Source: Thermodesulfobacteriota bacterium
GTDB lineage: Bacteria > Desulfobacterota_D > UBA1144 > Nemesobacterales > JAJCZQ01
NCBI GenBank assembly: GCA_965203965.1
Contig: CBDBDR010000017.1
Coordinates: 800,001 to 864,000 of the forward strand
Reading direction: 5' to 3'
DNA length: 64,000 nucleotides
Under the pieces are notes generated by a model. The model was not told the origin of the DNA and made no database searches. It saw only the letters and a program-made list of their open reading frames with translations. Made by a program: the position numbers and the translations under genes. Of this stretch, positions 42,416-52,262 are shown piece after piece. Positions within the stretch are counted from its first letter, which is position 1. Each line of letters starts with the position of its first letter.

Positions 42416-43069
42416 TCAGGATGTCTCCATAATATCTCTGGCTTTTCCAAGACTCTCCACAAGTTTTAGTATTTCTTCTGATTTGACTTTAAGCCTGACC
42501 TTGTTGACAACAAACCTCGCCGTTATATGGGAAATTGTCTCAATTTCCCTGAGATTATTTGTTTTTAAAGTCTCTCCCGTAGCAGACAAATCCACTATTA
42601 CATCGGACAAACCGGCGTTCGGTGCTAGTTCAACAGAGCCGTAGAGTTTAACAACTTCGGCACTAACCCCTTTTCTGGTAAAGTGATCGTGTGCCGTTCT
42701 TGGATACTTCGTTGCAACTTTGACGGGTGAAGCAGCGGTTTTAATATCAAACTCACAAGGAGCAGCAACAACAAGGCGACACTTCCCTATTTTAAGGTCC
42801 AAAGGTTCATAAAGATTTGATCTGGTCTCGGTCAACGTGTCCTTGCCAACAATTCCACAATCAGCGGCACCGTACTCAACGTAGGACGGCACATCCGTCG
42901 GTCTGATTATCAATATTCTCATATTCAACTTCTCAAACTCGCAGATCAACTTCCTTGAGTCCTTATAAACGTCCGATATATCAATGTTTGCTCTCTTAAA
43001 CAAATCAACTGACTCGGATAGTAGTCTTCCTCTTGATATTGCAACTGTAATCAATTTTTCTCCCTCCAA
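42416..43069 (-). CDS. hisG: ATP phosphoribosyltransferase, short form (HisZ-dependent)
   Basis: DVPSYVEYGAAD.GIVGKD, VATKYP, GSVELAP, TGETL; 217 aa, no C-terminal regulatory domain. Confidence 0.94.
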   Translation of the reverse strand: MEGEKLITVAISRGRLLSESVDLFKRANIDISDVYKDSRKLICEFEKLNMRILIIRPTDVPSYVEYGAADCGIVGKDTLTETRSNLYEPLDLKIGKCRLVVAAPCEFDIKTAASPVKVATKYPRTAHDHFTRKGVSAEVVKLYGSVELAPNAGLSDVIVDLSATGETLKTNNLREIETISHITARFVVNKVRLKVKSEEILKLVESLGKARDIMETS

Positions 43070-44307
43070 ATTCTGGCACCTACCTCTTCCAACTTCTTGT
43101 CCAGATTCTCATAGCCACGGTCAAGATGATAAATACGGGAAATTTCCGTTCTGCCGTTTGCCGCTAACCCGGCGAGCACCAGCGACGCACTTGCTCTCAG
43201 ATCACTTGCCATTATCTGTGCCCCCGATAATTTTGATATTCCCCTAACAACCGCACTGTTGCCAATAAGTTTGATCTCAGCTCCCATCCTTCGTAACTCT
43301 CCCACGTGCATAAACCTCTGCGGAAATATCGTCTCAGTAATAATGCTCAACCCCTTTGATAGACACATAAGAGTCATCATTTGTGCCTGCATATCCGTGG
43401 GAAAACCCGGGAAAGGCAAAGTAGTGAAATCAACTCCGTCAGGTCTGTCAATTCCCCTGACTCTTATGCCTTCCTTTATCTTATCCACTCTCACCCCAGA
43501 CTGAACAAGTTTACCTACTAATGCCCCAACGTGTTCAAGCCTGCAATTTGCGATCTTAAGATCTCCTTCATTAAAAGCTGCCGCCACCATAAAAGTGCCA
43601 GCTTCAATCCTGTCGGGCATAACTTCATAATTCGTTACTGGATTCAGACTGTCAACACCCCGGATGGTTATAATGTCAGTTCCGGCACCAGATATTTTGG
43701 CACCCATTTTGTTCAGAAAATTCTCAAGCTCCACAATTTCTGGTTCACAAGCAGCATTGAAAATAACGGTTTCGCCTTTGGCTAAAACAGCGGACAGCAT
43801 TATGTTCTCTGTACCAGTAACGGTGGAAACATCAAAAGGCATAACTCCTCCTTTGAGTTTTTTGACTCTTGTCTCAACGTATCCGTCCTCCAGATTTATT
43901 TCCGCTCCGAGTATTCCAATTCCCTTAACGTGCTGATCTATCGGTCTTTCCCCAATAGCACACCCACCTGGCAAGGATACTTTGGCTTTGCCTAATCTAG
44001 AGGTCAATGGTCCCAGCACAAGAACGGAAGCTCGCATTGTTTTGACCAATTCATAAGGCGACTCCCATTTATTGATACCTGATGAATCAATCGTTAAATT
44101 GCCGTTCTCAAACTCAACTTTGGCTCCAAGCATGATAAGCAACTTCACCATTGTCCTCACGTCGGCAAGGTCTGGAACGTTTGTAAATGTGTTCAAACCG
44201 GAATTTAAAATACATGCAGCCATTAAGGGAAGAACGGCATTTTTTGCACCGCTTACCTTTACATTTCCTTTCAAGCCCTTTCCACCTTCTATTAATATGC
44301 GCTGCAT
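43051..44307 (-). CDS. murA: UDP-GlcNAc 1-carboxyvinyltransferase
   Basis: GAKNA, MRAS, LPGGCAIGERP, PDRIEAGT, FPTDMQ, DLRA, RGYE. Confidence 0.97.
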   Translation of the reverse strand: MQRILIEGGKGLKGNVKVSGAKNAVLPLMAACILNSGLNTFTNVPDLADVRTMVKLLIMLGAKVEFENGNLTIDSSGINKWESPYELVKTMRASVLVLGPLTSRLGKAKVSLPGGCAIGERPIDQHVKGIGILGAEINLEDGYVETRVKKLKGGVMPFDVSTVTGTENIMLSAVLAKGETVIFNAACEPEIVELENFLNKMGAKISGAGTDIITIRGVDSLNPVTNYEVMPDRIEAGTFMVAAAFNEGDLKIANCRLEHVGALVGKLVQSGVRVDKIKEGIRVRGIDRPDGVDFTTLPFPGFPTDMQAQMMTLMCLSKGLSIITETIFPQRFMHVGELRRMGAEIKLIGNSAVVRGISKLSGAQIMASDLRASASLVLAGLAANGRTEISRIYHLDRGYENLDKKLEEVGARIWREKN

Positions 44308-45143
44308 TGTGCCTTTACCACTCTCTCTACTTTGTTTATATCCAATGTTACAGACGGCTCTCTGTATCCGGCAAGCTCAAAAAGTTTCACCGTTTTTCGG
44401 GACTGACCCTCGCCTATTTCCAGGATCAACCATCCGTCGTTCTTCAATTTTTCTTTTGATCTGAATACGATCTCTTTGATATGTGAAAACCCATCTTCAC
44501 CGCTAACAAGTGCCCGCCTTGGTTCATGTTTCTTAATTTCATCTTGTAGTTGCGAAAAATCCCGATCTGCAACGTAAGGCGGGTTACAGACAACCATATC
44601 AAGTGACCCGTCTTTTATACAATCAATAAGATTAGCGTTTATAAAAATAGAGTTATTATCAGTTCTGTTCAACTTTGTATTGTAGGCACCAGTTCTTGCG
44701 GCGTCAAAATACAAGTCCGTTGATATTAAGCTGATGTTTTTCCTCATTGAAGCCAGAACAATCCCTATGCAGCCGCTTCCCGAACAAGGGTCAGCCACGC
44801 GATACTCACGGTCAACAGGAATTATTTTTAATGCTTCGTCAACCACAAGCTCTGTTTCAGGTCTCGGTATCAGCACGTCTTTACCGACAATGAAATTTTT
44901 TGAGTAAAACTCCTTTATCCCTGTTATATAAGCATTGGGTTCGCCTTCTACTCTCCTGTTTATGAATTTATTGAACTTTGATGCGAAAACTTCGTCAACC
45001 TCCATCTCGGGCTCCGAAAAGATTGACGTTTTATCAAGTCCAGTTGCACTACAAAGCAAAGAAGATGCCTCAATTCCGGGTTCAGAAACATTTGCTTGAT
45101 GAAGCAAATGTTTACCTCTAATATAAATTTCTCTTAGTTGCAT
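44292..45143 (-). CDS. prmC: Release factor glutamine methyltransferase
   Basis: LIPRPETE, SGSGCI, NPPY, EP..AL, EIG. Confidence 0.93.
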   Translation of the reverse strand: MQLREIYIRGKHLLHQANVSEPGIEASSLLCSATGLDKTSIFSEPEMEVDEVFASKFNKFINRRVEGEPNAYITGIKEFYSKNFIVGKDVLIPRPETELVVDEALKIIPVDREYRVADPCSGSGCIGIVLASMRKNISLISTDLYFDAARTGAYNTKLNRTDNNSIFINANLIDCIKDGSLDMVVCNPPYVADRDFSQLQDEIKKHEPRRALVSGEDGFSHIKEIVFRSKEKLKNDGWLILEIGEGQSRKTVKLFELAGYREPSVTLDINKVERVVKAQCSAY

Positions 45144-45257
45144 AGTGTAATTTAAAAGTCAGCAAAATTTGATAGAGTGTATCCGTTAAGAATTTTATTT
45201 GGAAGTGGCAAGCAAATTTAATCAACAAAGTTAAAAGTCTGTAATCCATTACCACAA

Positions 45258-45950
45258 ATGAGCATTAGGGAAAATATTGATCTTATCCGTGCAAGAGTTA
45301 CAGCCTCTTGCTTAAAAGTAGATAGAAACCCCGATGAAGTTACTATTATCGGCGTCAGCAAACAAATAACAAAAGAGCTTATGATAGAGGCATACAAAGC
45401 CGGGATCGTAAATTTTGGTGAAAACTATGCGCAGGAGTTCAGGGATAAATACTCTTATCTGCACCCGGAATTTAATAATGCAAAGTGGCACTTTATAGGT
45501 CATCTTCAAAAAAACAAAGTCAAATACATAGTTGGAAAAGTAGCTTTTATACATTCAGTAAACAGTCTTGGCTTGGCGAAAGAGATCAACGCTCGCTCGG
45601 AAAAAATAGGAGCAATATCCGATATACTGGTTGAAATAAAGTCGGGCAATGAACCGTCAAAAACGGGAATATTTTTCACACAAGCCAAAGATCTGATAAA
45701 AGAAATAGGCAAACTGGAAAATATCAAGTTCAAAGGGTTGATGACAATGGCACCATACTTTGATGACCCGGAACTTGTCCGTCCTTATTTTAAGGAGGTT
45801 AAACTATTCAGTGATGAGTTGGTCAAGAAACACCCCGATGCAAATGAAATTTCAATGGGCATGAGCGGGGATTTTGAGATCGCAGTTGAAGAAGGCTCAA
45901 CTATCGTTAGAATAGGTTCAGCAATGTTTGGCAGCAGGAACAGCACTTAA
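45258..45950 (+). CDS. yggS: PLP homeostasis protein YggS
   Basis: VSK, FGENYAQE, WHFIGHLQKNK, GLMTM, SMGMSGD, VRIGS. Confidence 0.95.
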   Translation: MSIRENIDLIRARVTASCLKVDRNPDEVTIIGVSKQITKELMIEAYKAGIVNFGENYAQEFRDKYSYLHPEFNNAKWHFIGHLQKNKVKYIVGKVAFIHSVNSLGLAKEINARSEKIGAISDILVEIKSGNEPSKTGIFFTQAKDLIKEIGKLENIKFKGLMTMAPYFDDPELVRPYFKEVKLFSDELVKKHPDANEISMGMSGDFEIAVEEGSTIVRIGSAMFGSRNST

Positions 45951-46772
45951 ATGTATAAACTTGGGATAATAGGTGCCGGTAAAATGGCAGGGGCTTTGGT
46001 AAAAGGCATTCTGGGGTCGAGGAGTTACGGCAAAAACGAAATTGTTTTGAGCGACGTGGATAGTGATAAGTTGACCCGCCTGAAAAATGAGCATGGGATA
46101 AACGTAACCAAATGTAATAAGGAATTGTCTGAAAACTGTGGAATTGTAGTATTTGCCGTGAAGCCAGGGGATGTTACACCAGTGTTGAACGAGATCAAAA
46201 ACCACGTGAGTAAGAAAAAGCTATATATATCAATTGCCGCCGGCATAAAAATTTCCTCTATGGAAAAAACGCTGAAAAAAGAGTTAAAAATTGCAAGGGT
46301 TATGCCAAATAAAGCTACCGTAGTCCAGCAGGGTGCTTACGGAATATATTTTAACGGTCGCGTTGAAAACAAAGATAAAAAAGTAGTGGAAGATATATTC
46401 AACTCTCTTGGAAAGACCACTACTTTGGATAATGAGAATTTAATTGATGCTGTAACCGGACTCAGTGGGAGCGGACCAGCTTACGTTGCTATTTTTGCAG
46501 AAGCACTTGCAGATGCAGGGGTCAAGATGGGATTGAGCAGGGAAGCATCCATGGATCTGTGCTTGCAGACAATTCTCGGCACCGCCAAACTTATGATTGA
46601 AACGGGCACTCATCCCGCAAAGCTGAAAGATATGGTATCATCACCTGGTGGAACCACTATTACGGGAATACACGAATTAGAGAAACGAGGATTTAGAAAC
46701 GCCATTATCTCCGCGGTTGAAGCGGCAACAAACAGGTGTAAAAAACTTTCAGGACAAGATGAAAATAGATGA
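45951..46772 (+). CDS. proC: Pyrroline-5-carboxylate reductase
   Basis: GAGKMA, AVKP, SIAAG, RVMPN, SGSGPAY, SPGGTT. Confidence 0.96.
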   Translation: MYKLGIIGAGKMAGALVKGILGSRSYGKNEIVLSDVDSDKLTRLKNEHGINVTKCNKELSENCGIVVFAVKPGDVTPVLNEIKNHVSKKKLYISIAAGIKISSMEKTLKKELKIARVMPNKATVVQQGAYGIYFNGRVENKDKKVVEDIFNSLGKTTTLDNENLIDAVTGLSGSGPAYVAIFAEALADAGVKMGLSREASMDLCLQTILGTAKLMIETGTHPAKLKDMVSSPGGTTITGIHELEKRGFRNAIISAVEAATNRCKKLSGQDENR

Positions 46773-47059
46773 TAGTAATAATACAAGCTTTTGCATCAGT
46801 TATTGACACACTGCTCTACGTTTATTCCTTCCTGATTATAGGAAGGGCACTCATTTCATGGGTGAGTCCCGACCCGTATAACCCGATTGTCAATTTTTTA
46901 TACACGGTTACTGAACCGTTAATGAAATACGCAAGAAAAATAATACCCCCGATCGGCGGCACTATTGATATATCGCCGATAGTTGTATTAGTTCTTATAC
47001 ATCTAATAAGGGTCGCCGTAAACCAGCTACTTTTTGATTTGATAAGTTCCCTTCGATGA
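46769..47059 (+). CDS. yggT: YggT family membrane protein
   Basis: SWVSPDPYNP, TEP, IPPIGG.IDISP; yggS-proC-yggT synteny. Confidence 0.92.
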   Translation: MIVIIQAFASVIDTLLYVYSFLIIGRALISWVSPDPYNPIVNFLYTVTEPLMKYARKIIPPIGGTIDISPIVVLVLIHLIRVAVNQLLFDLISSLR

Positions 47060-47155
47060 AAACGAAAATTACACTAGGAAAATTGTAGAGACAAAACCAT
47101 AAATATCCGTATGTCACCACAAGTCAAACACGAAAATTTTGACCAGTTCTTTACT

Positions 47156-48175
47156 CTACATTGACCTTCCAACTGCTCCTGCAACGGATACAGCTTTCTT
47201 CATAAGATCATCAAAAGTCTTGGGCTTTAAAGATTGTCCTCCATCACTTGCTGCTGTTTCAGGACTGTTATGCACCTCAATAGCAAACCCATCGGCACCC
47301 GCAGCAATAGCAGCAAGGGTTACCGGAGTTACGTATTGCCAATAGCCCGTCCCGTGGCTTGGATCAGCAAACACTGGCAGGTGCGTTTTTTCCTTCAGCA
47401 CGGGTATGGCATTGAGATCAAAAGTGTTTCTCGTGGCAGTTTCAAAAGTTCTTATTCCTCTTTCACACAGCATCACGTTGGGATTTCCCTCGGATAGAAT
47501 GTATTCGGCACACATCAGAAACTCACTGATAGTGGTTGACATCCCTCTTTTTAAAAGAACGGGCTTTCTTGATCTTCCAACTAATTTCAGAAGCGAATAG
47601 TTTTGAGAATTTCTGGCACCTATCTGAAAAACATCTGCGTATTCCTCAAGTAATTCCAGGTCATTTGGGTCCATCAGTTCCGTAACGACTGGTAAGCCAG
47701 TTATTTCCCTTGCCTTTGCAAGGATCTTCAAACCATCCTTGCCCAGCCCCTGAAAGGAATATGGAGAAGTTCTGGGCTTAAACGCCCCACCCCTTAGCAT
47801 TGTTGCCCCTGACTTTTTAACACTCTCCGCAATCGTCAATAGTTGCTCTTCACTCTCAACCGAACATGGTCCCGCTATAACTGATATATTTTCACTTCCT
47901 ACTTCAACGCCGTTAATATTGATCCTGGACGTCTCGTTTACGATCTCTTTACTTGCAAGTTTGTAGGGTTGAACAATAGGAACAACCTTTTCCACGCCTT
48001 TTAGTTGTTTTAAGCTCTCCGCATGATGAGGCTTCCCTCTGTCATCACCGACGACACCGATCACGGTTCTTAGAATCCCTTCTATAGGATGAGGCGTGTA
48101 CCCAAGCTTTTCAATATGTTCCTTAACATTGTCAATCTCTTCTCTGCTTGCGTTATTTTTCATTACTACTATCAT
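47156..48175 (-). CDS. aroF: DAHP synthase type I-beta with N-terminal regulatory domain
   Basis: [43 protein letters not shown]. Confidence 0.95.
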   Translation of the reverse strand: MIVVMKNNASREEIDNVKEHIEKLGYTPHPIEGILRTVIGVVGDDRGKPHHAESLKQLKGVEKVVPIVQPYKLASKEIVNETSRININGVEVGSENISVIAGPCSVESEEQLLTIAESVKKSGATMLRGGAFKPRTSPYSFQGLGKDGLKILAKAREITGLPVVTELMDPNDLELLEEYADVFQIGARNSQNYSLLKLVGRSRKPVLLKRGMSTTISEFLMCAEYILSEGNPNVMLCERGIRTFETATRNTFDLNAIPVLKEKTHLPVFADPSHGTGYWQYVTPVTLAAIAAGADGFAIEVHNSPETAASDGGQSLKPKTFDDLMKKAVSVAGAVGRSM

Positions 48176-48341
48176 TATTTATCTCCCTGCTTATGGCTGA
48201 TGGCTGAAGAATTGCGTGAATCGTTTATTACTATCACATTGCAAACACTAATGTCAATTTACTCTTGCCATGTCCTTGTATGTGTTTACCAAGACCTTCA
48301 TTCTGTTCAACGGATAAATACTCTAAACTCAAAAACTGCAC

Positions 48342-48370
48342 TTGACATAAAATTATTTGGTTGTTATAAA
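48342..48370 (+). promoter_or_regulatory. Near-consensus sigma70 promoter of lipoprotein A1
   Basis: TTGACA, 17 nt, TATAAA with TG extension; SD AAGGAGG downstream. Confidence 0.75.
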
Positions 48371-48409
48371 TTAGTAGCAAGATAGTGAATTTAAAGGAGG
48401 TAGTATAAG

Positions 48410-49228
48410 ATGTTAAATTCTTACAAAAAATTGTTTGTTATATTGGCAGTATTGGTTGCTCCATTGATGTTTATCGCAGCATGCGACGATAGTGCTCCAC
48501 CCCGTCCCATGGATGATACCCCCGCTCCTCCGGATCCGGATCCCCCATCTGAGGATACAAGCTTGGGAAATCCCATAGAAATCTTATTTCCAGGTGCTGC
48601 AGCTTCATTTGCTAGTTTAGCGGATGAAGATGAAGCCGCATTAGCGCCCATAGTAGCGGGTACTGGAATTACTGTTGAGACACTCGCGGCGTTCGATAGT
48701 GAATTATCGGATGCGATTTTAGACCTGGATGACACTCAACTTGGTACTTTATTTAATAATATTCAGACGGTGGCTGATGATGATACATCAGCTATAACTG
48801 AGGAGGTCACTATGATACAAGAGGTTATAAATGGCGGATTGAACGATCTTCTTGTATTTGGGGAAACTGATGAAGACTTCGATTTCATAGGAACTGGCGC
48901 CGCCAATAACGATGATATAGTTGCGATTATTGATTCGTTAGAGATAGTGAACGAACCAGATAGCAGTAGTGTAGAATCTATAAGTTTTACAGCCCCCTGC
49001 GATGTTACTGCAATTTCATTGCCAGAAAATGTATTAGACCCGGCAGCAGGTGCAACTGCTGAAGTTACTCTTGATGGTGTAATTGTCGCTCCAGCCAATG
49101 AACAATATTTATTCACGCTCGCGGCTGCTGGTATGCCGACAACGGCCAGCGTCAGCGTAACGGCTGAAGATGGTGTGACGATGCGTACTTTAACAATTAC
49201 AACTGCAGCTGCCTCAGACTGTGAATAA
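48410..49228 (+). CDS. Acidic lipoprotein A1 with Pro-rich tether and C-terminal cadherin-like beta-sandwich
   Basis: Signal peptide with lipobox IAA-C25, PAPPDPDPP linker, VSVTAEDG motif, Cys pair; paralogous to 49873 and 50881 ORFs. Confidence 0.85.
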   Translation: MLNSYKKLFVILAVLVAPLMFIAACDDSAPPRPMDDTPAPPDPDPPSEDTSLGNPIEILFPGAAASFASLADEDEAALAPIVAGTGITVETLAAFDSELSDAILDLDDTQLGTLFNNIQTVADDDTSAITEEVTMIQEVINGGLNDLLVFGETDEDFDFIGTGAANNDDIVAIIDSLEIVNEPDSSSVESISFTAPCDVTAISLPENVLDPAAGATAEVTLDGVIVAPANEQYLFTLAAAGMPTTASVSVTAEDGVTMRTLTITTAAASDCE

Positions 49229-49255
49229 CCTAGCAACAACGGCTTAAAACAACTT

Positions 49256-49292
49256 GTAGGGAATGCACAGGTTTGCATTCCCTACTTTTTTT
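49256..49292 (+). terminator. Rho-independent terminator after A1
   Basis: GTAGGGAATGCA-caggtt-TGCATTCCCTAC 12-bp stem followed by T7. Confidence 0.9.
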
Positions 49293-49310
49293 ATCTCTGA
49301 ACTTTAAGAA

Positions 49311-49436
49311 AGGTTAGTCGGCTTGTGTTGCTGAGGATAACACCACAGCTTCAGACGCTTCTAGAGATGCAGATCTGAATTCCCTGGAAATTGACGGTCT
49401 AACTCCCGGTAATGAAATAACGAAGAAACGAATTGA
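49311..49436 (+). pseudogene. Remnant of lipoprotein B 5' region (no promoter, no start codon)
   Basis: Matches 50861-50867, 50944-50973 and ~50992-51080 with internal deletions and scattered substitutions. Confidence 0.85.
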
Positions 49437-49671
49437 TCCAAATTTTTCATAAAGACTTATTGCACTATAATTATCCAGTCTAACCTCAAGGATCGCATGG
49501 TTGGCACCTTTGTTAATAAAATACTCCAGCGTGTGGCAGACCAACTTCCGACCAATCCCTTTATTTCTAAACCTACCATCCACGGCTATTTTTAGTATGT
49601 GTATCTCGTCATAGATAAAATACGACAGGCAATATCCGATCAGTTTTCTATATTTATTCTCACAACCAATA
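49437..49671 (-). pseudogene. rimI: Internal fragment of rimI
   Basis: Matches 52359-52593 (offset 2922) with 5 mismatches; 49443-49615 identical; lacks both ends of the gene. Confidence 0.9.
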
Positions 49672-49804
49672 GGGAGTTACACCACTCTACTTCTTTTCCT
49701 TATCATATCTCACCTCTCAATGATCTTCATTCTGTTCAACGGACAAAAATTTGGGATTGTTAGTTGGTCATTACCTATAAACACTCTAAACTCAAAAATT
49801 GCAC

Positions 49805-49833
49805 TTGACATAAAATTATTTGGTTGTTATAAA
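49805..49833 (+). promoter_or_regulatory. Near-consensus sigma70 promoter of lipoprotein A2
   Basis: TTGACA, 17 nt, TATAAA, identical to 48342-48370. Confidence 0.75.
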
Positions 49834-49872
49834 TTAGCAGCAAGATAGTGAATTTAGAGGAGGTAGTATAAG

Positions 49873-50724
49873 ATGTTAAATTCTTACAAAAAATTGTTTG
49901 TTGTATTGGCAGTATTGATTGCTCCATTGATGTTTATCGCAGCATGCGACGATAGTGCTCCACCCCGTCCCATGGATGATACCCCCGCTCCTCCGGATCC
50001 GGATCCCCCATCTGAGGATGCAAGATTTCAAAGTGCTGCAGATACCACAGAGGCAATATTTCCAGGTATTGTAGCTTCGTTTATTGGTTTAGAAAATGCA
50101 GCAGATAGCGCATTAGAGCCCATAGTAGCGAATGTTCCAATTGGTGTTGCCACACTCAGGACTCTCAATAGGGAACTTGTGGATGAACTTTTAGACCTGG
50201 ATAACACTCAACTTGGTACTTTATTTAATAATATTCAGACGGTGGTTGATGGTTCATCAGCTGTAGCTGACGATGTAAGTATGATACAAGAAGCTATAAA
50301 TGAGGGAATTAACAATCTTCTTGTATTTGGGGAAGTTGATGCCCCAGTTCCTTTCATCGGAACTGCCGCTCCCAATAACGATGCTATAGTTGCGCTTGTT
50401 GATTCGTTAGAAATAGTGTACGCATCAACAAGCAGCAGTATAGAATCTATAAGTTTTACAGCCCCTTGCGGTGTTACTGCAGTTGAATACCCAGAAGATG
50501 CACTAGGTACGAGAGACGACGGTGCAAGTGTTGAAGTTACAGTAGTTAGTAGTGGTAGTCCTGATGACATGACAGTTATTGAGCCGGCAAATGAACAATA
50601 TACGTTCCAGCTCGAGGCTGGTATGATGATAATGCTTACTGCCTCCGTAACGGCTGAAGATGGTGAGACGACGGAGGATTTCACTTTAACAGTTGAAACC
50701 CCAACCGTCGCAGCATGTAGTTAA
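49873..50724 (+). CDS. Acidic lipoprotein A2, paralog of A1
   Basis: Lipobox IAA-C25, same Pro-rich tether, SFTAPC, ASVTAEDG, terminal Cys. Confidence 0.85.
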   Translation: MLNSYKKLFVVLAVLIAPLMFIAACDDSAPPRPMDDTPAPPDPDPPSEDARFQSAADTTEAIFPGIVASFIGLENAADSALEPIVANVPIGVATLRTLNRELVDELLDLDNTQLGTLFNNIQTVVDGSSAVADDVSMIQEAINEGINNLLVFGEVDAPVPFIGTAAPNNDAIVALVDSLEIVYASTSSSIESISFTAPCGVTAVEYPEDALGTRDDGASVEVTVVSSGSPDDMTVIEPANEQYTFQLEAGMMIMLTASVTAEDGETTEDFTLTVETPTVAACS

Positions 50725-50762
50725 TTAGTCCTAAAACAAAAAACTCTCAATCACATGTAGTT

Positions 50763-50801
50763 AGTAGGGAATGCGCAGGTTTGCATTCCCTACTTTTTTT
50801 T
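50763..50801 (+). terminator. Rho-independent terminator after A2
   Basis: AGTAGGGAATGCG-caggtt-TGCATTCCCTACT followed by a T run; copy of the 49256 terminator. Confidence 0.9.
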
Positions 50802-50819
50802 ATCTCTGAACTTTAAGAA

Positions 50820-50847
50820 TTGATTTAAGACAACTAAATGTTATGAT
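50820..50847 (+). promoter_or_regulatory. Putative promoter of lipoprotein B
   Basis: TTGATT, 16 nt, TATGAT with TG extension; this segment is deleted in duplication copy 1. Confidence 0.45.
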
Positions 50848-50880
50848 AGAGAAGAAAACAAGGTTAGAGAGTTCTTACCC

Positions 50881-52161
50881 ATGTTGAATTTTTATGAAAA
50901 ATCACTCTTGACTGCGATCGTATTTGCATCTGTCATCTTCATCTCAGCTTGTGTTGCTGAGGATAGCATCACAACAAACACTATTAGAACAATTTCAGAC
51001 GCTTCTAGAGATGCAGATCTGAATTCCCTGGAAATTGATGGTCTAACTTCCAGTAATGAAATAACCAAGAAACGAATTGAACCAAACTTCAACAGCAATA
51101 TAATGCAATACACAGTTGACCTTCCCGGCAGCACTGAGACTATCACGGTTTTAGCAGAGACATCAAGTAATAGAGCCTCTATTGAATTTATGGAAAGGAT
51201 TGAAACTCTGCAGGATGCGGAAACAGGCATCCCGGGATTTCAAATATCTGCTCCCGACGAAGGTGGAATGGTAGAAATTGAAGTAGTCGTAACGGCTGCA
51301 GATAGAAGAACACAAAAAACTTACACTTTGGATATTACACGACATAATGGCAGCAGTACTGAGCATAGATCAAGTCTTCCAAAAGCAACAATATTAACGC
51401 AAGAAGTTCAAGACGAATTAGTTGCGATCACCAGCAGAGATGATGTCTCTGCCGCACTGATTAGTTTTGGAGTAATTAATCCTGATACGATAGAAGTTCT
51501 CCAAATGGGCGGAGACGAGACAGAAGATCTGATTTTATCACTTAGGGAGACTCAACTTGATTCAGTATTCTCTTTTCTGTCTGATGGAAATCTGCCAGGG
51601 GTTGACCAAGAAATTATAGACACTGCCGCAAGAGCATTAGAAGAACTAAATGATTCTCTGAATAACCTGTTTGTATTTACAAATGATGCTGACCGAATTT
51701 TCTTCGGAACTGACGACGACGGAGATAGTGCTGATACCACGATTATTAGCGCGCTCTACGCAGGTGCAATGAAAGATAGTAATAATGGAAATTTCTCCTT
51801 TACAGCCTTGTGCGAAGCTCGTATGATTGAAATTCCAGAAGATGCGGATGCATTACAACCGGCAAATCCGGGTGCTTCACTTCAGGTTACTATTCCCGAT
51901 GGTGATGGTGATGGTAATCCAGACCTTATCACTGCAACAAATGGGGAATACACATTCCCGCTCGCGGATGCTGGAAGTCCACTAGAGATAACGATCACCA
52001 TAACGGCTGAAGATGATTCGGCAATGAGCAGCCGAGTTTTAACAGTTACCACTCCAACACAAGAGGTTTGCGATGCTCAAACTCCCTTTTTGTTTGCGCC
52101 TACTACCCCTTCCCCTGATGAAATCAATCTTCCTGAAATAGATACATTCCCCGATGAATAG
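50881..52161 (+). CDS. Acidic lipoprotein B with an extra N-terminal cadherin-like beta-sandwich domain
   Basis: Lipobox ISA-C24; DADLNSLEI...PNFNS..MQYTV...VTAADRRTQKTYTLDITR cadherin-like pattern; C-terminal part homologous to A1/A2 (TQL, LNNLFVF, SFTALC, ITAED). Confidence 0.85.
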   Translation: MLNFYEKSLLTAIVFASVIFISACVAEDSITTNTIRTISDASRDADLNSLEIDGLTSSNEITKKRIEPNFNSNIMQYTVDLPGSTETITVLAETSSNRASIEFMERIETLQDAETGIPGFQISAPDEGGMVEIEVVVTAADRRTQKTYTLDITRHNGSSTEHRSSLPKATILTQEVQDELVAITSRDDVSAALISFGVINPDTIEVLQMGGDETEDLILSLRETQLDSVFSFLSDGNLPGVDQEIIDTAARALEELNDSLNNLFVFTNDADRIFFGTDDDGDSADTTIISALYAGAMKDSNNGNFSFTALCEARMIEIPEDADALQPANPGASLQVTIPDGDGDGNPDLITATNGEYTFPLADAGSPLEITITITAEDDSAMSSRVLTVTTPTQEVCDAQTPFLFAPTTPSPDEINLPEIDTFPDE

Positions 52162-52262
52162 ATCCAAACCTGCTCCCTCCTGGAATAGATCGATTAGTTC
52201 CTCTAATAACTTCCAAGAGAATATTTTAATTGTCTCTCGTATAAAGGACGAGAAGTTTTTAT

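Larger units (their letters stand above)
48293..49671 (+). repeat. Tandem duplication, copy 1 (deletion-eroded): promoter, lipoprotein A1, terminator, remnants of lipoprotein B and rimI
   Basis: Collinear with 49722-52593: same promoter, same first 49 codons (2 differences), same terminator, then fragments matching 50861-50867, 50944-50973, ~50992-51080 and 52359-52593. Confidence 0.9.

Noticed and set aside
48510..48550. CCGGAT repeat in the Pro-Asp tether as a phase-variation tract
   Set aside because: Only two units, in frame, and identical in A1 and A2.
49314..49583. 89-aa minus-strand ORF that begins like RimI
   Set aside because: It is a chimera created by the deletion junction: a rimI internal fragment read into the antisense of the lipoprotein B remnant. 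It has no rimI 5' end, and an in-frame stop lies just upstream of the fragment.
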